Below are positions 9,614-20,208 of a DNA stretch of 64,000 nt, in pieces. The position numbers were made by a program, and so were the translations under genes. The notes beneath the pieces were generated by a model, which saw only the letters and a program-made list of their open reading frames with translations, did no database searches and was not told the origin of the DNA. Location of the stretch: the NCBI GenBank assembly GCA_012798695.1, contig JAAZMR010000046.1, positions 2,316-66,315 on the forward strand. Reading direction: 5' to 3'. Position 1 is the stretch's first letter; each line of letters begins with the position of its first letter. The DNA is from Bacillota bacterium (GTDB lineage: Bacteria; Bacillota; Limnochordia; DTU087).

Positions 9614-11527
9614 TCAGGAGTGCTCAAACGCCTGATAGAGGACAGCGCCCTGAGTATCCCGCGGCACTGCTACATCAATGAACTCACAAATTGTCGGCAC
9701 AATGTCCGTTAGCCACACCGTCCGATCTAGTGTGGCGCCCCGGCGAATGCCAGGTCCCCTCATGATCAGTACTGATGAGTTAGAACACAGCCCCCATCTG
9801 GCGGTTGACAGTTGCTCTCCATGAACTCCACCAAACGGCTCCCGAAGGGTAAACAGAATGTCGCCAACTTTCTGCCCACTGGGATCGCCATAGAGTCCTA
9901 CATAGCGCATATCCCCTTTTCGTAAAACTAGGTTAAAGGGATGAAGGCTTGTGGTTGGCTCTACGTAAGCATGCAAGGCCGCCTTTATCTCATCACAGGT
10001 CCGATCAAACTCTTCAGGAGGCACTATTCCTTCCGGTTCACGACCCTGGAGATTGACGTTGACAAATATCCCATTCTGAACATAGGCACGGGTCTGGTCC
10101 CAAATAACCTCACCCTCCGCATTACGGACCAGCAATCTTGCTTCTTCCAACACATCATGCACATTGATGCGGATATGACCGGGCAATCCGCCATGATCAC
10201 TGATCACGAAGATCGCAGTATTCTCATCAGCCTGATTCATAATCTGACCCAGCATCCGATCCACACTCTCATAAAGCTGTTCAATGAATTCGAGATACTT
10301 ATCTCCGATTTCTCGATCGCTATTTGCAGCCGGATCAGCTACCCCTAGGCAATGATGGTGGGCACAGTCAATGCAGTGGACTTGAAGCATACAAAGAGCC
10401 CAATCCCGAGTCTTGGTCAGATAATTCACAGCATTGGCCATCCACTGATGTTGGTAATCGGCGAGCTCCAACATCACCGAAGTGTCAAACCAAGCACTAC
10501 GCCAATCGTGACCGAGACCCTCCCAGCCGATATCAGTTATAAAGGGACCAACATTCTCATATAGCTCTCTGCCTATAGGTTCTGGGAAAGCAAAATGCTC
10601 AATATCCATAATCTGGGTAGCGTAAATGCTCACCAACTCTCCGTCTCCCGACAATCTTTCTAACTTAAAACGGAGCGTGCCTTCTCGCAAACCGTCAACT
10701 GTATCAAACTCTTCAGCTAACCAAGGTGACCACTCTCCTAGCCCCAACTGCGCTATCTTATCGCTGGCCGATGGATCTTTGGCAATGACAACTCGATTAT
10801 ATTCTTCGCCATTTCCCGCGTACACAAAAACATAAAAAATCTTACCTGGCGGTAAAAGCTTACACACTGGTGTATTGATACCAATGTTTTCAGGCTTGGG
10901 CTTCTCGCGATCGGGGACTCCATAGAGGGCTGTACCCTCGTCCATTCCTTCAAATGAATGCCCTCCTAGACCGCGTGCCTCAAATACCATCTCTCCCATC
11001 AACACTGGCTTACTGCTCTTGGGCAGAGCAACCGTGCCCCCCAGTTCTCGCAGTTTCAATGGGGCATTTCTCGGTTCTTCGGTAGAGAAGAGATGTGCCC
11101 CATCGATCTGATGCGCACAGGGTCTGACATGGCACCCGCATACTTGAACTCCGGTACTCATCGTTGGTGGGTGCGAAGCCGGATATTTGAGTAAGATGCT
11201 TTGCTTGCCCGCCCGCTCCACTGCATCCCAAATAAACTCGGCCTCGCTTTCCTTTGAACTATACCCTGACATCCAACCACCGTGGAGCTCAGGGGGTTGG
11301 AAAACCTGAAAAGACATAACTTGATGCGTGCCATTCCAGGCACCAGTAGCGATAGTAGTCCAGTTTTCAGGTGTCGAGGTGGGTAAAGATGAAAAACAAT
11401 GGGGTGCAAAAGTTCCTTCTTCGAGCATTCGGCGGAAATTCGGAAGCCTACCGTCTTGAATGAGGCGAAGGATAAACTCAGGGCTTGCCCCATCCACTCC
11501 AATAAGAATGCACTTCTTGTCCTTCAA
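9614..11527 (-). CDS. Alkaline-phosphatase-superfamily protein (nucleotide pyrophosphatase/phosphodiesterase-like)
   Basis: IGVDGA, PTSTPENWTTIATG (Thr nucleophile region), D-x-x-x-H, ISDHG, GVHG, DIVPTI; TTG start after GGAGG. Confidence 0.82.
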   Translation of the reverse strand: MKDKKCILIGVDGASPEFILRLIQDGRLPNFRRMLEEGTFAPHCFSSLPTSTPENWTTIATGAWNGTHQVMSFQVFQPPELHGGWMSGYSSKESEAEFIWDAVERAGKQSILLKYPASHPPTMSTGVQVCGCHVRPCAHQIDGAHLFSTEEPRNAPLKLRELGGTVALPKSSKPVLMGEMVFEARGLGGHSFEGMDEGTALYGVPDREKPKPENIGINTPVCKLLPPGKIFYVFVYAGNGEEYNRVVIAKDPSASDKIAQLGLGEWSPWLAEEFDTVDGLREGTLRFKLERLSGDGELVSIYATQIMDIEHFAFPEPIGRELYENVGPFITDIGWEGLGHDWRSAWFDTSVMLELADYQHQWMANAVNYLTKTRDWALCMLQVHCIDCAHHHCLGVADPAANSDREIGDKYLEFIEQLYESVDRMLGQIMNQADENTAIFVISDHGGLPGHIRINVHDVLEEARLLVRNAEGEVIWDQTRAYVQNGIFVNVNLQGREPEGIVPPEEFDRTCDEIKAALHAYVEPTTSLHPFNLVLRKGDMRYVGLYGDPSGQKVGDILFTLREPFGGVHGEQLSTARWGLCSNSSVLIMRGPGIRRGATLDRTVWLTDIVPTICEFIDVAVPRDTQGAVLYQAFEHS

Positions 11528-11575
11528 ACAGATCTTCCTCCCCGCTTAATGTACATATAGTGTCTTCATCAGCAC

Positions 11576-11615
11576 TCTAGCGATCAGGCCCCGAAACCGG
11601 AGCCTGATCGCTAGA
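11576..11615 (-). terminator. Stem-loop downstream of the SBP gene (terminator or mRNA stabiliser)
   Basis: TCTAGCGATCAGGC / GCCTGATCGCTAGA perfect 14-bp inverted repeat. Confidence 0.65.
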
Positions 11616-11652
11616 AGTATCACTGGATCCTACTAGTCTTATCTTCTGTCTC

Positions 11653-13557
11653 TTATTGCTTAAAGAAAAACTGCTCAGGATAAGCGTTTGCAGGAGTCTG
11701 AAGTGCGTCGTCCCAAATGATTCTATCGGGCACATTCCGGAAGTTGTTCTTCACGATAGCTAATTGAGGAGTTTCCCCGACTGCACCTATCATCCAGATA
11801 TTGTCCTTATGAATATCAGTCATTTCCCTAAAGAGTTCGTCCCTCGCACCTTCGTCGGCCGTGGCCTTCACTTCTTCCCAAATCTCGAAAATGCGCTTGA
11901 CCTCTTGAGGCGGTTCTTCCCCGGCTTTACCTTGTGAGGTATACCACTGCCCCCAAAGCGGTGCCCAAGGGCTATCACCGTAAGCAGTGCCCAGGAGCCT
12001 ATCTGGGTTGATTAGGAGAATATTAACCCGCCGCATATCCCATACTCCGATTTCGACCTCATTTGCATTGCATCGGACATTATATAGAGAGCGGTCTTCA
12101 GGTTTTAGCACCGCCTTGATACCGATATTCGCCCAGTACCTGGTGGTGACCAATTCCAGGACATCATCCCAAGGTCCAAAGACCCCAGAAGCAAACTCAA
12201 TCGTCAGTGCCAACGGCTTACCATCGAGTCCGAGCCTATACCCCTCTGCATCGTACTCAGTCAGCCCCAACCCATCCAGAAGTTTGTTGGCCATATCTGG
12301 ATTAAATTCTGCATATGCCTTCTCCCATTCAGGATTAAAGTTGGGGGAGGTGCTGACCACAGCGGCCTGACGAGGCTTCCCCAACCCGTAGTAGACTAAC
12401 TCATTAAGTTCCTCACGGTCGATCGCCAAAGAAAGAGCAACTCTAAAATCCTTTTCCCTGAAGAGTTTCTTCAGTTGATCATCCTGAACGTTTTGGTTAA
12501 TATAGAGCACCGGACAGCTTGCGTTGGCGTCAATCCACGTCATAACTCTGTAATCACCTTTGGCCCTATTCTCCATGAATAAGGGATAGTCGGTTACCGC
12601 GATATGACGATTCTGCATGTCAAGCTCTCCACTTAGAGCTCGCATGTTAATGATTTCCTTATCTTGTGTAAGCTCATGGACCATTTTATCAATATATGGG
12701 AGCTGATTGCCTGCGGTATCGACTTTATAGAAATACGGGTTTCGCTCTGCAACCATACGCGTTGTGGTGTTGGAAACCATTTTCCACGCGAACACAACGG
12801 GTAACTCTGGGTTTTGGAGCCAATCTTCTTTCGCCGTAAAGAATTGATCCCAAGAATGGAATCCATCCGCTTCAACCATAGCCTGAATTTCTTCTTCGGG
12901 CACGTAATCAATATGAACTTTCTCTAGATAATGCCTCGGTGCATAAAAGCCGCCATAAAGGGCTTGACGGTGAACAAAAATCGGATATGGCTTGGCAAAT
13001 TTCAGCCTAAAGGTGTAATCATCTACTTTCTCCAGAGTAGGCGCTTCCCCATCTGTGGATAGCCATTCAGGTACTATTGGATTTAAGTCCTTGTTGAGAG
13101 TGATATCTTCATACCAAAACACCACATCATCGGCAGTGAATGGATGTCCATCGGACCATTTGACTCCTTTTCGCAGATAGAAGGTAAATGTAGTTCCATC
13201 GGGGGACATTTCCCATCTCTCAGCTAGATCCGGTTGAAGCTCACTACCATCGGCATTGAAACGAACGAGACGTACATGCCCAGCTACTTTATTGGGCCCA
13301 GAGCTGTCTGATAAACCCATCCAGCACCTTCTCCACGTCCCACCATATTGCCCGACCTCTTGCAAGGGCTCAACAACAACAGGGTTCTCAGGAAGTCTCT
13401 CTTCTACTGGTGGAAGTTTACCCTGCTTTACCAGTTCAAGTAACTCAGGTGCTTCGGAGTATTTCGCTTGTGCAAAGGACGGAGAAACACAAATACCAAG
13501 ACCAAGACCCATGATAACGGTACAGACGATGATAAGCATTAACTTCTTTCTCGTCAC
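11653..13557 (-). CDS. ABC transporter substrate-binding protein, family 5 (probably oligosaccharide-binding)
   Basis: GKLPPVEERLP, YGG, LRKGVKWSDGHPFTADDV, GNQLPYID, FRVALSLAIDR. Start either GTG 13557 (MTRKKL signal peptide) or GTG 13587. Confidence 0.9.
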   Translation of the reverse strand: MTRKKLMLIIVCTVIMGLGLGICVSPSFAQAKYSEAPELLELVKQGKLPPVEERLPENPVVVEPLQEVGQYGGTWRRCWMGLSDSSGPNKVAGHVRLVRFNADGSELQPDLAERWEMSPDGTTFTFYLRKGVKWSDGHPFTADDVVFWYEDITLNKDLNPIVPEWLSTDGEAPTLEKVDDYTFRLKFAKPYPIFVHRQALYGGFYAPRHYLEKVHIDYVPEEEIQAMVEADGFHSWDQFFTAKEDWLQNPELPVVFAWKMVSNTTTRMVAERNPYFYKVDTAGNQLPYIDKMVHELTQDKEIINMRALSGELDMQNRHIAVTDYPLFMENRAKGDYRVMTWIDANASCPVLYINQNVQDDQLKKLFREKDFRVALSLAIDREELNELVYYGLGKPRQAAVVSTSPNFNPEWEKAYAEFNPDMANKLLDGLGLTEYDAEGYRLGLDGKPLALTIEFASGVFGPWDDVLELVTTRYWANIGIKAVLKPEDRSLYNVRCNANEVEIGVWDMRRVNILLINPDRLLGTAYGDSPWAPLWGQWYTSQGKAGEEPPQEVKRIFEIWEEVKATADEGARDELFREMTDIHKDNIWMIGAVGETPQLAIVKNNFRNVPDRIIWDDALQTPANAYPEQFFFKQ

Positions 13558-13901
13558 TGCAAGTCGCTCCAACCATTTTTGAATCACAGTTCGCTCGATC
13601 GCACTCCACTAATGAACATCTTTACACTCAAACCCGTTGCCTCACCTCCACTCTTTAGCCCGTAGTTTACTGATGTCTGCTTCGGCTATCCTTTCTACGG
13701 TTTTGTAACATTTTTCCGATAGCTACTATAGTAATTCCCGGTTCTTTACCAAAATCCTTCCATTCCACTGTTTTGCCTCATAGTCACCCTTAAAGGCTCG
13801 TTGCAATGCCACCAGCACTATTTCATCTATTTGTCAACTCAGCCATCCACAAGTTGCCGGGAAATATGGATATGCACACTTTTGCTATATCTTCGGATCA
13901 T

Positions 13902-14984
13902 CTATCTATTCCCGTACTTTTCCACGGCATAGCATATTGCTCGCAGGTTCTCAAAAGAGGTTCCCGGACAAATGCTCCCCACCGTACTCACAATCAGCTG
14001 GCCCGTATTGCCTGCCTGTTCAATATCTCGTTTAACACAATCGATCACATCTTCTGGCTTTCCATAAAGCAAGACATCCAGTGGGGGCACCTGTCCCCGA
14101 ATGGTCACATCTGGCATCTTTTCTAGGATATCTGGAACTTGGATATAGGGATCGACGTTGACTTCATTTACTCCGATTTCCCGCAAGGCATCCAAGTGTT
14201 GAATCATATGGAAGTCAGCATGATAATGCCGCACATCATTTTCTCCAGGAGCAAACTTCTCAAAGATCTCTCGTTCTGCTTCCATCATAAAGTCTCGATA
14301 CAAGCTAGGTGATAACATGCCTGTTACGTCACTTGCCAGTGAGAAACCACTCCGTTCTGCAGGATAGCCTGTGACTTCCCGCATCACCTGCATGTATCTG
14401 ATCCCAGTATCTACCCAACACCGCACCAGTCTTTTAATCTGGTCGGGATAGATCATGATCCATGTCAAGAAGTTGGTGATTGAGCAAATCTGCCCCAAAG
14501 TTGTGGCACAGCCTTTGATGCCCCAGCCGTAAGCCACATCAATGTCATAATCCGCCTTCAGTCTTTCCCTCCACTCAAGGAACTTAGGGACAAGCCCTTG
14601 ATTGAGCAGATCAACATCCTCCATTTTCTCCACCAAGTGATCAATTTCTTCTGGGGAATTAACTACCGGATCAAGTGTAGGGGTAGCGTTGTGTCTGTAA
14701 TTCACTTTGCCCCCATATATAGAAGCATCCATCACTACACCAAAATCGATGGCGGGCTTGATTGATATCCCCAATTCCTTCTCCGTTATTGCACTACACT
14801 TGAGCCTATGCTTCTGCTGGTAGGCATAATCACTATAATACTTGGAGTTGTCCAGCTGCAGATATTCACATATCCAATCCCCATCCAGGGCTATGCCGAT
14901 GGGAACTCGTTTGCTTGTTCGCCCCTCACGAAGACTCTGCTCGTTCTTTAGCCAGAAGTTGCGGAGATCTAACTTGTAATCCAT
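13902..14984 (-). CDS. Uroporphyrinogen-decarboxylase-like (URO-D/MtaA/CmuA fold) protein, function unknown
   Basis: D-x-x-x-MLSPSLYRDF, HYHAD, RGQVPP, GKPEDV, PGTSFENL pattern typical of the URO-D fold; lacks the HemE RQAGR motif. Confidence 0.75.
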   Translation of the reverse strand: MDYKLDLRNFWLKNEQSLREGRTSKRVPIGIALDGDWICEYLQLDNSKYYSDYAYQQKHRLKCSAITEKELGISIKPAIDFGVVMDASIYGGKVNYRHNATPTLDPVVNSPEEIDHLVEKMEDVDLLNQGLVPKFLEWRERLKADYDIDVAYGWGIKGCATTLGQICSITNFLTWIMIYPDQIKRLVRCWVDTGIRYMQVMREVTGYPAERSGFSLASDVTGMLSPSLYRDFMMEAEREIFEKFAPGENDVRHYHADFHMIQHLDALREIGVNEVNVDPYIQVPDILEKMPDVTIRGQVPPLDVLLYGKPEDVIDCVKRDIEQAGNTGQLIVSTVGSICPGTSFENLRAICYAVEKYGNR

Positions 14985-15312
14985 ACACCCTGCTCCCTTA
15001 AATGTAATTGTAGAAGATAACTCTTCAGTCTAAGTTTACTAGAATCTTGCGTCTCAGTACATAGACAATCTTTCTCCATTTGGACAATTTTGGCCTGATG
15101 CATATATCGCTGGTGATGCCTGATCGGGTCTGGTTGATAGCGTGGGTAGCTTTCATCTGTTCGAGATATCTCGGTCAAGCTGCGGTGAGCTGGGGCATTG
15201 CTGGAAACGAAAGAAAGCTGCTATAATGAACATGAAGGCACCAATCTTTTCTCAAACAACCTAATGGACTTATCTAAAATACTACTCGCTGATCAGAAAC
15301 GGAGGGAAGCAA

Positions 15313-16164
15313 GTGCAAGGCCTGGGCACTAGATTTGCTGATCTACAAAACATGACCCCTCATTTCATCAAGGTCGTAGAACGAATCAGCACCCCTAGTT
15401 GGCGGATTGCGGAAGGAGCTTATCAAAGCCACAACCTGATCTTAATATATGATGGGTTGATGATCCTCGAGGCTGGTGGCCAAGAATACACGGCTACCTC
15501 GGGAGACATGGTCTATTTCAGAGCCAATGAACAACGAAAAGCCAGAACCGTGAATCACTCCCTGCTGCGCTGCTTTTCTGTAGACTTTCTATATGCCTGT
15601 CTCATCTGGGATGAGCCCGGCTGGCAGCTAGCCCAACCACCACTTCCCTTTGATACCATAGAGCCTGTAACTGACTCAATCCTGTTCTCTAGGTTGCTGG
15701 GGCTATTCTCTGATCTAAACAAGGAATGGCATTCAACCAAATATAACCGGATCAATCATTGCCGCGCGCTCTTTACGGATATCATCACCTCCCTCCTGCT
15801 AACTAAGGGCGGGTTACAGGTCAACTATGATAAGATCCAAAAAGTCGAGCGAATTATTACCTATCTAATCGATCACTATCGCCAACCCATCGTGTTGGCG
15901 GATCTGGCTCAAATAAACCAAATCAGTATTCCTTATACCAGCAAGATCTTCAAAGAGGTAACCGGCATGACCCCTTTCGAATACTTATCTGATATTCGGA
16001 TCAGTAAAGCGAAAGAGCTGCTCACTGATGGCCATTCGGTATCCGATACTGCTCTACAAGTCGGTTTTACTGACCCGGCCTACTTCAGCAGACGCTTCAA
16101 GCAAAAGGAAAGAGTCAGCCCCCTTCATTATCAGCTCATGGTCCGTCGAGCACACATTGAGTGA
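15313..16164 (+). CDS. AraC family transcriptional regulator
   Basis: N-terminal cupin-like domain; C-terminal double HTH (RISKAKELL...VGFTDPAYFSRRFKQ); divergent from the URO-D-like gene. Confidence 0.92.
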   Translation: MQGLGTRFADLQNMTPHFIKVVERISTPSWRIAEGAYQSHNLILIYDGLMILEAGGQEYTATSGDMVYFRANEQRKARTVNHSLLRCFSVDFLYACLIWDEPGWQLAQPPLPFDTIEPVTDSILFSRLLGLFSDLNKEWHSTKYNRINHCRALFTDIITSLLLTKGGLQVNYDKIQKVERIITYLIDHYRQPIVLADLAQINQISIPYTSKIFKEVTGMTPFEYLSDIRISKAKELLTDGHSVSDTALQVGFTDPAYFSRRFKQKERVSPLHYQLMVRRAHIE

Positions 16165-16322
16165 CCTCATACCGGCTAACTAGGCACTGGAAACCTATTG
16201 TCAAGTAGAAGCCCATGAGCCTTGCACAGATCTACCTTTATTCAGATCTCAGGCCATGGTCTGTGGTATAATTGAGTGGCTATTCGACCAGACACAGCCG
16301 AAAAACAGGAAGGGGAACCGCC

Positions 16323-17228
16323 TTGAATGACACTACCAAAGGATACATGTGGCTCTTTTTGACAATCACCGTTTTTAGCACATATGAAGTTGTGGGCAGT
16401 ACCTTGGCACAGGATATCCACCCACTATGGGTTAATACCATCCGATTTTCCATAGGTGGTTTGGTCTTGCTCCCTTTGGCGATCAAAACCATGCACGAAA
16501 AGCAGCTCCGATTGCGAAGTAAAGATCTACTAGCTCTTTTCGGTTTGGGGCTTTTGAATGCTGGAGTATGTATGAGCCTTATGCAGTATAGCCTGCAGTA
16601 TACAGAGGCTTCCACCGCTGCTGTACTAGTTAGCAGCAACCCCTTGTTTGTATCTCTCTTGTCTGTTTTTATTTTCAAAGAACCGCTCACCAAAGACAAG
16701 ATCGCGGCTGTCCTTGTGGGAATTACCGGTATGATCCTGGTAGCCGGCGGACTCCGCCTAGAGAATGCCTTAGGGCCTATGCTAGCCACTGCGGCATCAG
16801 TTGTATGGGCTATATATACAGTGGCTGGCAAAAGGCTATCCCAGCGCTATGGCAGCCTCGTACTCAACTCCTTTTCATTTCTCTTAGGAGGTGGCTTCTT
16901 GCTTATCCTTGCCACTGGCCTCGGCATCCCGCCAACAGGAATCAAGGGTAATAACCTGCTGCTCCTCATTTATTTAGGAGTGATCGTTACAGGTATAGGC
17001 TACTATGCGTTTTTCACAGGGCTGCTGTATCTCGATACCACGATAGGGGCCGCAGTCTTTTTCTTTAAGCCCGTATTAGCGACTCTTTTTGCCTTCCTCT
17101 TACTGGGAGAGCCAATAACCGTAGGCAAGATAGCTGGTACTATGGTTATCTTGGTTGCTATGGGACTGGTCATGCCTCCGATCAAGAAAACTGCTCAAAA
17201 GATCTTGGGCACCACATCCGGCTCATAG
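16323..17228 (+). CDS. DMT/EamA family transporter
   Basis: About ten hydrophobic helices in two EamA repeats (RF, EPLT/GEPIT); TTG 16323 follows an AGGAAGGGG SD. Confidence 0.88.
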   Translation: MNDTTKGYMWLFLTITVFSTYEVVGSTLAQDIHPLWVNTIRFSIGGLVLLPLAIKTMHEKQLRLRSKDLLALFGLGLLNAGVCMSLMQYSLQYTEASTAAVLVSSNPLFVSLLSVFIFKEPLTKDKIAAVLVGITGMILVAGGLRLENALGPMLATAASVVWAIYTVAGKRLSQRYGSLVLNSFSFLLGGGFLLILATGLGIPPTGIKGNNLLLLIYLGVIVTGIGYYAFFTGLLYLDTTIGAAVFFFKPVLATLFAFLLLGEPITVGKIAGTMVILVAMGLVMPPIKKTAQKILGTTSGS

Positions 17229-17532
17229 AGCCCGATGTGCCCCTTGAGTCAACCGGAAACCAGCTGAGGGAGTCAGATCTCCTTTACTGGGAACAGCCTT
17301 CCACTTCAATCGGTAATCACACCACCCAGCAGGCCTGCAGGGCATTCTAGAACAGCTATATGAAGCCACCGTAATTAACGCGGTGCTGCTTCTGTCCCCC
17401 TGATGTTTATTCTAAATACTGCGATCAATGCCGTATTTCAGAGATTGCCCCACTATGATCCGTCTAGTTCGTTATAAGTGCTCTTTTGCCCATTTTGCAT
17501 TATGTTCTGTTCTTTATGTATTATATGATTAG

Positions 17533-17598
17533 ACCGGTAATGACCGGTTGAGCACGTGGCGCTTTTCTTCGTACAGTAAGACACTGGTCGTGACCGGT
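17533..17598. promoter_or_regulatory. Two 16-bp palindromic putative GntR-type operators
   Basis: ACCGGTAATGACCGGT (17533-17548) and ACTGGTCGTGACCGGT (17583-17598), 50 bp apart, directly upstream of the GntR gene. Confidence 0.6.
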
Positions 17599-17627
17599 AT
17601 ACTACTATAACAGAAGGAGCCTACGTA

Positions 17628-18743
17628 ATGCCATTAGACATGCATGGAGCAAATGTGCAGCATCAAAGGATTCGAGAGATCATTCTCGATAGGATTATTT
17701 CCAAGGAGTTTACTCCTGGTGAAAAGATACCATCTGAACGAGAACTATGTGAGATATTTTCCGTAAGCCGAACCACAGTCAGACGCGCCCTGGATGATCT
17801 TGTAGCAGAGGGTGTATTATTTCGCATCCCAGCCAAGGGTACATATGTGGCCGCATCCAGTCTGACCATTAATCGCAACACCGGTAATATCGCGTTTATT
17901 CGCTGCTATCGCCGGAGTCCTCTCTCATCAATTAATGACGACATTTTCTACCCCAGAATTCTCACAGGCGTCGAGACCACGATTTCTAAAAATGGTTATC
18001 ACTGCTTAGTTCAATCAATCAACGAAAATGACTATAGTGATCAGGTAGTATCCCAACTGACTCAGAAAGTTGATGGCATCATTTGCTGTGAACTCCGCAA
18101 TCAAAGATTCCTGGAACGATTGCGGGCGACCCAATTGCCCTTGGTTCTGGTCAGCCCTTCAGTCATACATAACAATGTGGATATAGTCGAAATCAGCAAC
18201 AAACAAGGCGCCATAGATGCGGTAACCCATCTTATAGAACTAGGGCACAGACACATAGCCTTTGTTGGCGGTTCACCCAACAGTCGGCCGTGTAGAGAGC
18301 GGGAAGCCGGATACATACAGGCATTAACAGACAATGGATTACCAATTTCATCTGATCACATGATCTCTCTGGGATGGCGGCAAGCTGATGGCCAGAGAGC
18401 GATGACTCAGCTGTTAGAGACACAACCTGCCCCAACGGCTATCTTTGCTGCCTCTGACCTGCTCGCACTAGGAGCATGTGATGCTGCCCATGCGGCAAGA
18501 ATCCAAATCCCTGAGGAACTTTCCATCATGGGCTTTGACGATATCGATATGGCTGCCCAAGCAAAACCGGCTCTCTCCACCATTCTGGTAAGAAAGATGG
18601 AAATGGGGCAGTTGGCCGCCCGGCTGATTCTAGAGCAGCTTAGTGGCAAGAGAAACTACCCCATCAAGGTCGTCGTGCCCACTCAGATAATTGAAAGAAA
18701 CTCTACCGGCTGTATGAAGACACTGGCAACAGCCAATCGCTAA
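17628..18743 (+). CDS. GntR-HTH / LacI-type sugar-binding domain repressor (AraR-like architecture)
   Basis: KIPSERELCEIFSVSRTTVRRAL...GTYV wHTH; GHRHIAFV, IPEELSIMGFDD and PALST effector domain. Confidence 0.9.
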   Translation: MPLDMHGANVQHQRIREIILDRIISKEFTPGEKIPSERELCEIFSVSRTTVRRALDDLVAEGVLFRIPAKGTYVAASSLTINRNTGNIAFIRCYRRSPLSSINDDIFYPRILTGVETTISKNGYHCLVQSINENDYSDQVVSQLTQKVDGIICCELRNQRFLERLRATQLPLVLVSPSVIHNNVDIVEISNKQGAIDAVTHLIELGHRHIAFVGGSPNSRPCREREAGYIQALTDNGLPISSDHMISLGWRQADGQRAMTQLLETQPAPTAIFAASDLLALGACDAAHAARIQIPEELSIMGFDDIDMAAQAKPALSTILVRKMEMGQLAARLILEQLSGKRNYPIKVVVPTQIIERNSTGCMKTLATANR

Positions 18744-18853
18744 ACCGGCAAAACCTCAATCTCTAGGGGGTGATATGTTCTAAACCTTTAGCATTTCAGT
18801 CATAAGCAATCAGCAGGCGACAGAGTCGCGACAATGAAGGAGGTTTTTGGGTA

Positions 18854-20197
18854 ATGAGACTAAAACGTGTACCGAGTCTGGTACTAGTCATGTTGCTGAC
18901 ACTTACTCTGGGCTTAGTATTCTCAACCACCATCTATGCCAAGACCACAATTCGGTTCATGGGATGGGGCAGCATTCAGGAAAAGAATAATGTTGAGAAA
19001 GCCATCGCAAGATTTGAGCAAGAAAACCCAGACATTGAGGTTCAATGGATACACGCACCTGAGAACTACCTACAGAAGCTCCAGATCATGATTGCCGGCG
19101 GCACCCCTCCCGATGTGTTTTGGGTGGCCACCGATTACTATGAGGAGTTTGCTACCAAAGGTCTCCTCCATGACATTACCAAGTTCCTGGAATCTGATCC
19201 GGTAATAGGGGCTCCCGATTACTTCATCCAGCCACAAGAAAAAGACCGCATGTTCATTGATGGCAAAGCATATGGAATCGGTTCTTGTTGGGTCTCCATA
19301 CACCTATACTATAACAAAGATATCTTTACAGCAGCAGGAGTAGAACTTCCCCCCTCTGATCCGGATGCTGCCTGGACCTGGGAGGAATTCGAGGAGATTG
19401 CTGCCAGATTAACTGTCGATAGTAAAGGCCGTACAGCTTTGGATGCTGGGTTTGATCCTAATGATGTAGTACAGTTTGGCGTGAATATCCCCACTTGGTG
19501 GTTACCTTTGCTGTCCGTGATCTGGTCCCATGGCGGGACATTCTATAATGAGGACCACACTGCCTGTACCGTCGATCACCCCAAGACACTAGAGGCGATC
19601 GACCGGGTGGCCGATCTCATGAAACGGGGAATCGCCCCTCGTTCGGCAGCATTCCAGCAGGTGGGCATGACCGCACAGCAGATGTTAGCCACCGGCAAGG
19701 TAGCTATGCATATTAGTGGCTCTTGGGAGCTGCAGGATCTAGCGCTGATGGATTTCGAGCTAGGAACCGGCATCGTACCACGGCCTAGAGATGGTGAGCC
19801 GGTTACCGCTATCCAGGCACATATGCACAGCATCTATGCCAAAACCAAATATCCTCAAGAATCCTGGCGGTTACTCAAATTCATCTCCTCTGATGAATAT
19901 CAGCGGGATCTTGTAGCCGCTGGGCTGTGGCTGCCTAGTCATACGAGTCTGATGACAGAAGCAGGCATCAACAGCTGGTGGAACCCTGCCGTTCACCCAC
20001 CGGAGTATGTAGGTGTTGGACTGGACTACATGGAGAAATACGGACGCACAGTCGTAATGCCTCCGGGAGCTGTAAAGGCACTCCAGGCATTTGAGCAGGC
20101 GCTCGACCCTGTGTGGTTGGGTCGGGAAACGGCTGCAGATGCTGTCAAGAAAGCTCTACCTCAAATGAATGAAGCTCTGCGAGAAGCAGCTGAGTAA
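18854..20197 (+). CDS. Sugar ABC transporter substrate-binding protein (family 1)
   Basis: Signal peptide without lipobox; AGGTPPDVF, LYYNKDIF, WTWEEF, GKVAM. Confidence 0.92.
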   Translation: MRLKRVPSLVLVMLLTLTLGLVFSTTIYAKTTIRFMGWGSIQEKNNVEKAIARFEQENPDIEVQWIHAPENYLQKLQIMIAGGTPPDVFWVATDYYEEFATKGLLHDITKFLESDPVIGAPDYFIQPQEKDRMFIDGKAYGIGSCWVSIHLYYNKDIFTAAGVELPPSDPDAAWTWEEFEEIAARLTVDSKGRTALDAGFDPNDVVQFGVNIPTWWLPLLSVIWSHGGTFYNEDHTACTVDHPKTLEAIDRVADLMKRGIAPRSAAFQQVGMTAQQMLATGKVAMHISGSWELQDLALMDFELGTGIVPRPRDGEPVTAIQAHMHSIYAKTKYPQESWRLLKFISSDEYQRDLVAAGLWLPSHTSLMTEAGINSWWNPAVHPPEYVGVGLDYMEKYGRTVVMPPGAVKALQAFEQALDPVWLGRETAADAVKKALPQMNEALREAAE

Positions 20198-20208
20198 GTA
20201 CAGCTCAT

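Noticed and set aside
13902..14984. Assignment as hemE or as an MtaA/CmuA methyltransferase
   Set aside because: Lacks RQAGR and the H-x-C zinc motif, and has no heme or corrinoid gene context.
15062..15090. Direct repeat TAGACAATCT / TGGACAATTT as AraC half-sites
   Set aside because: Short, imperfect and 19 bp apart; too weak to call without comparative data.
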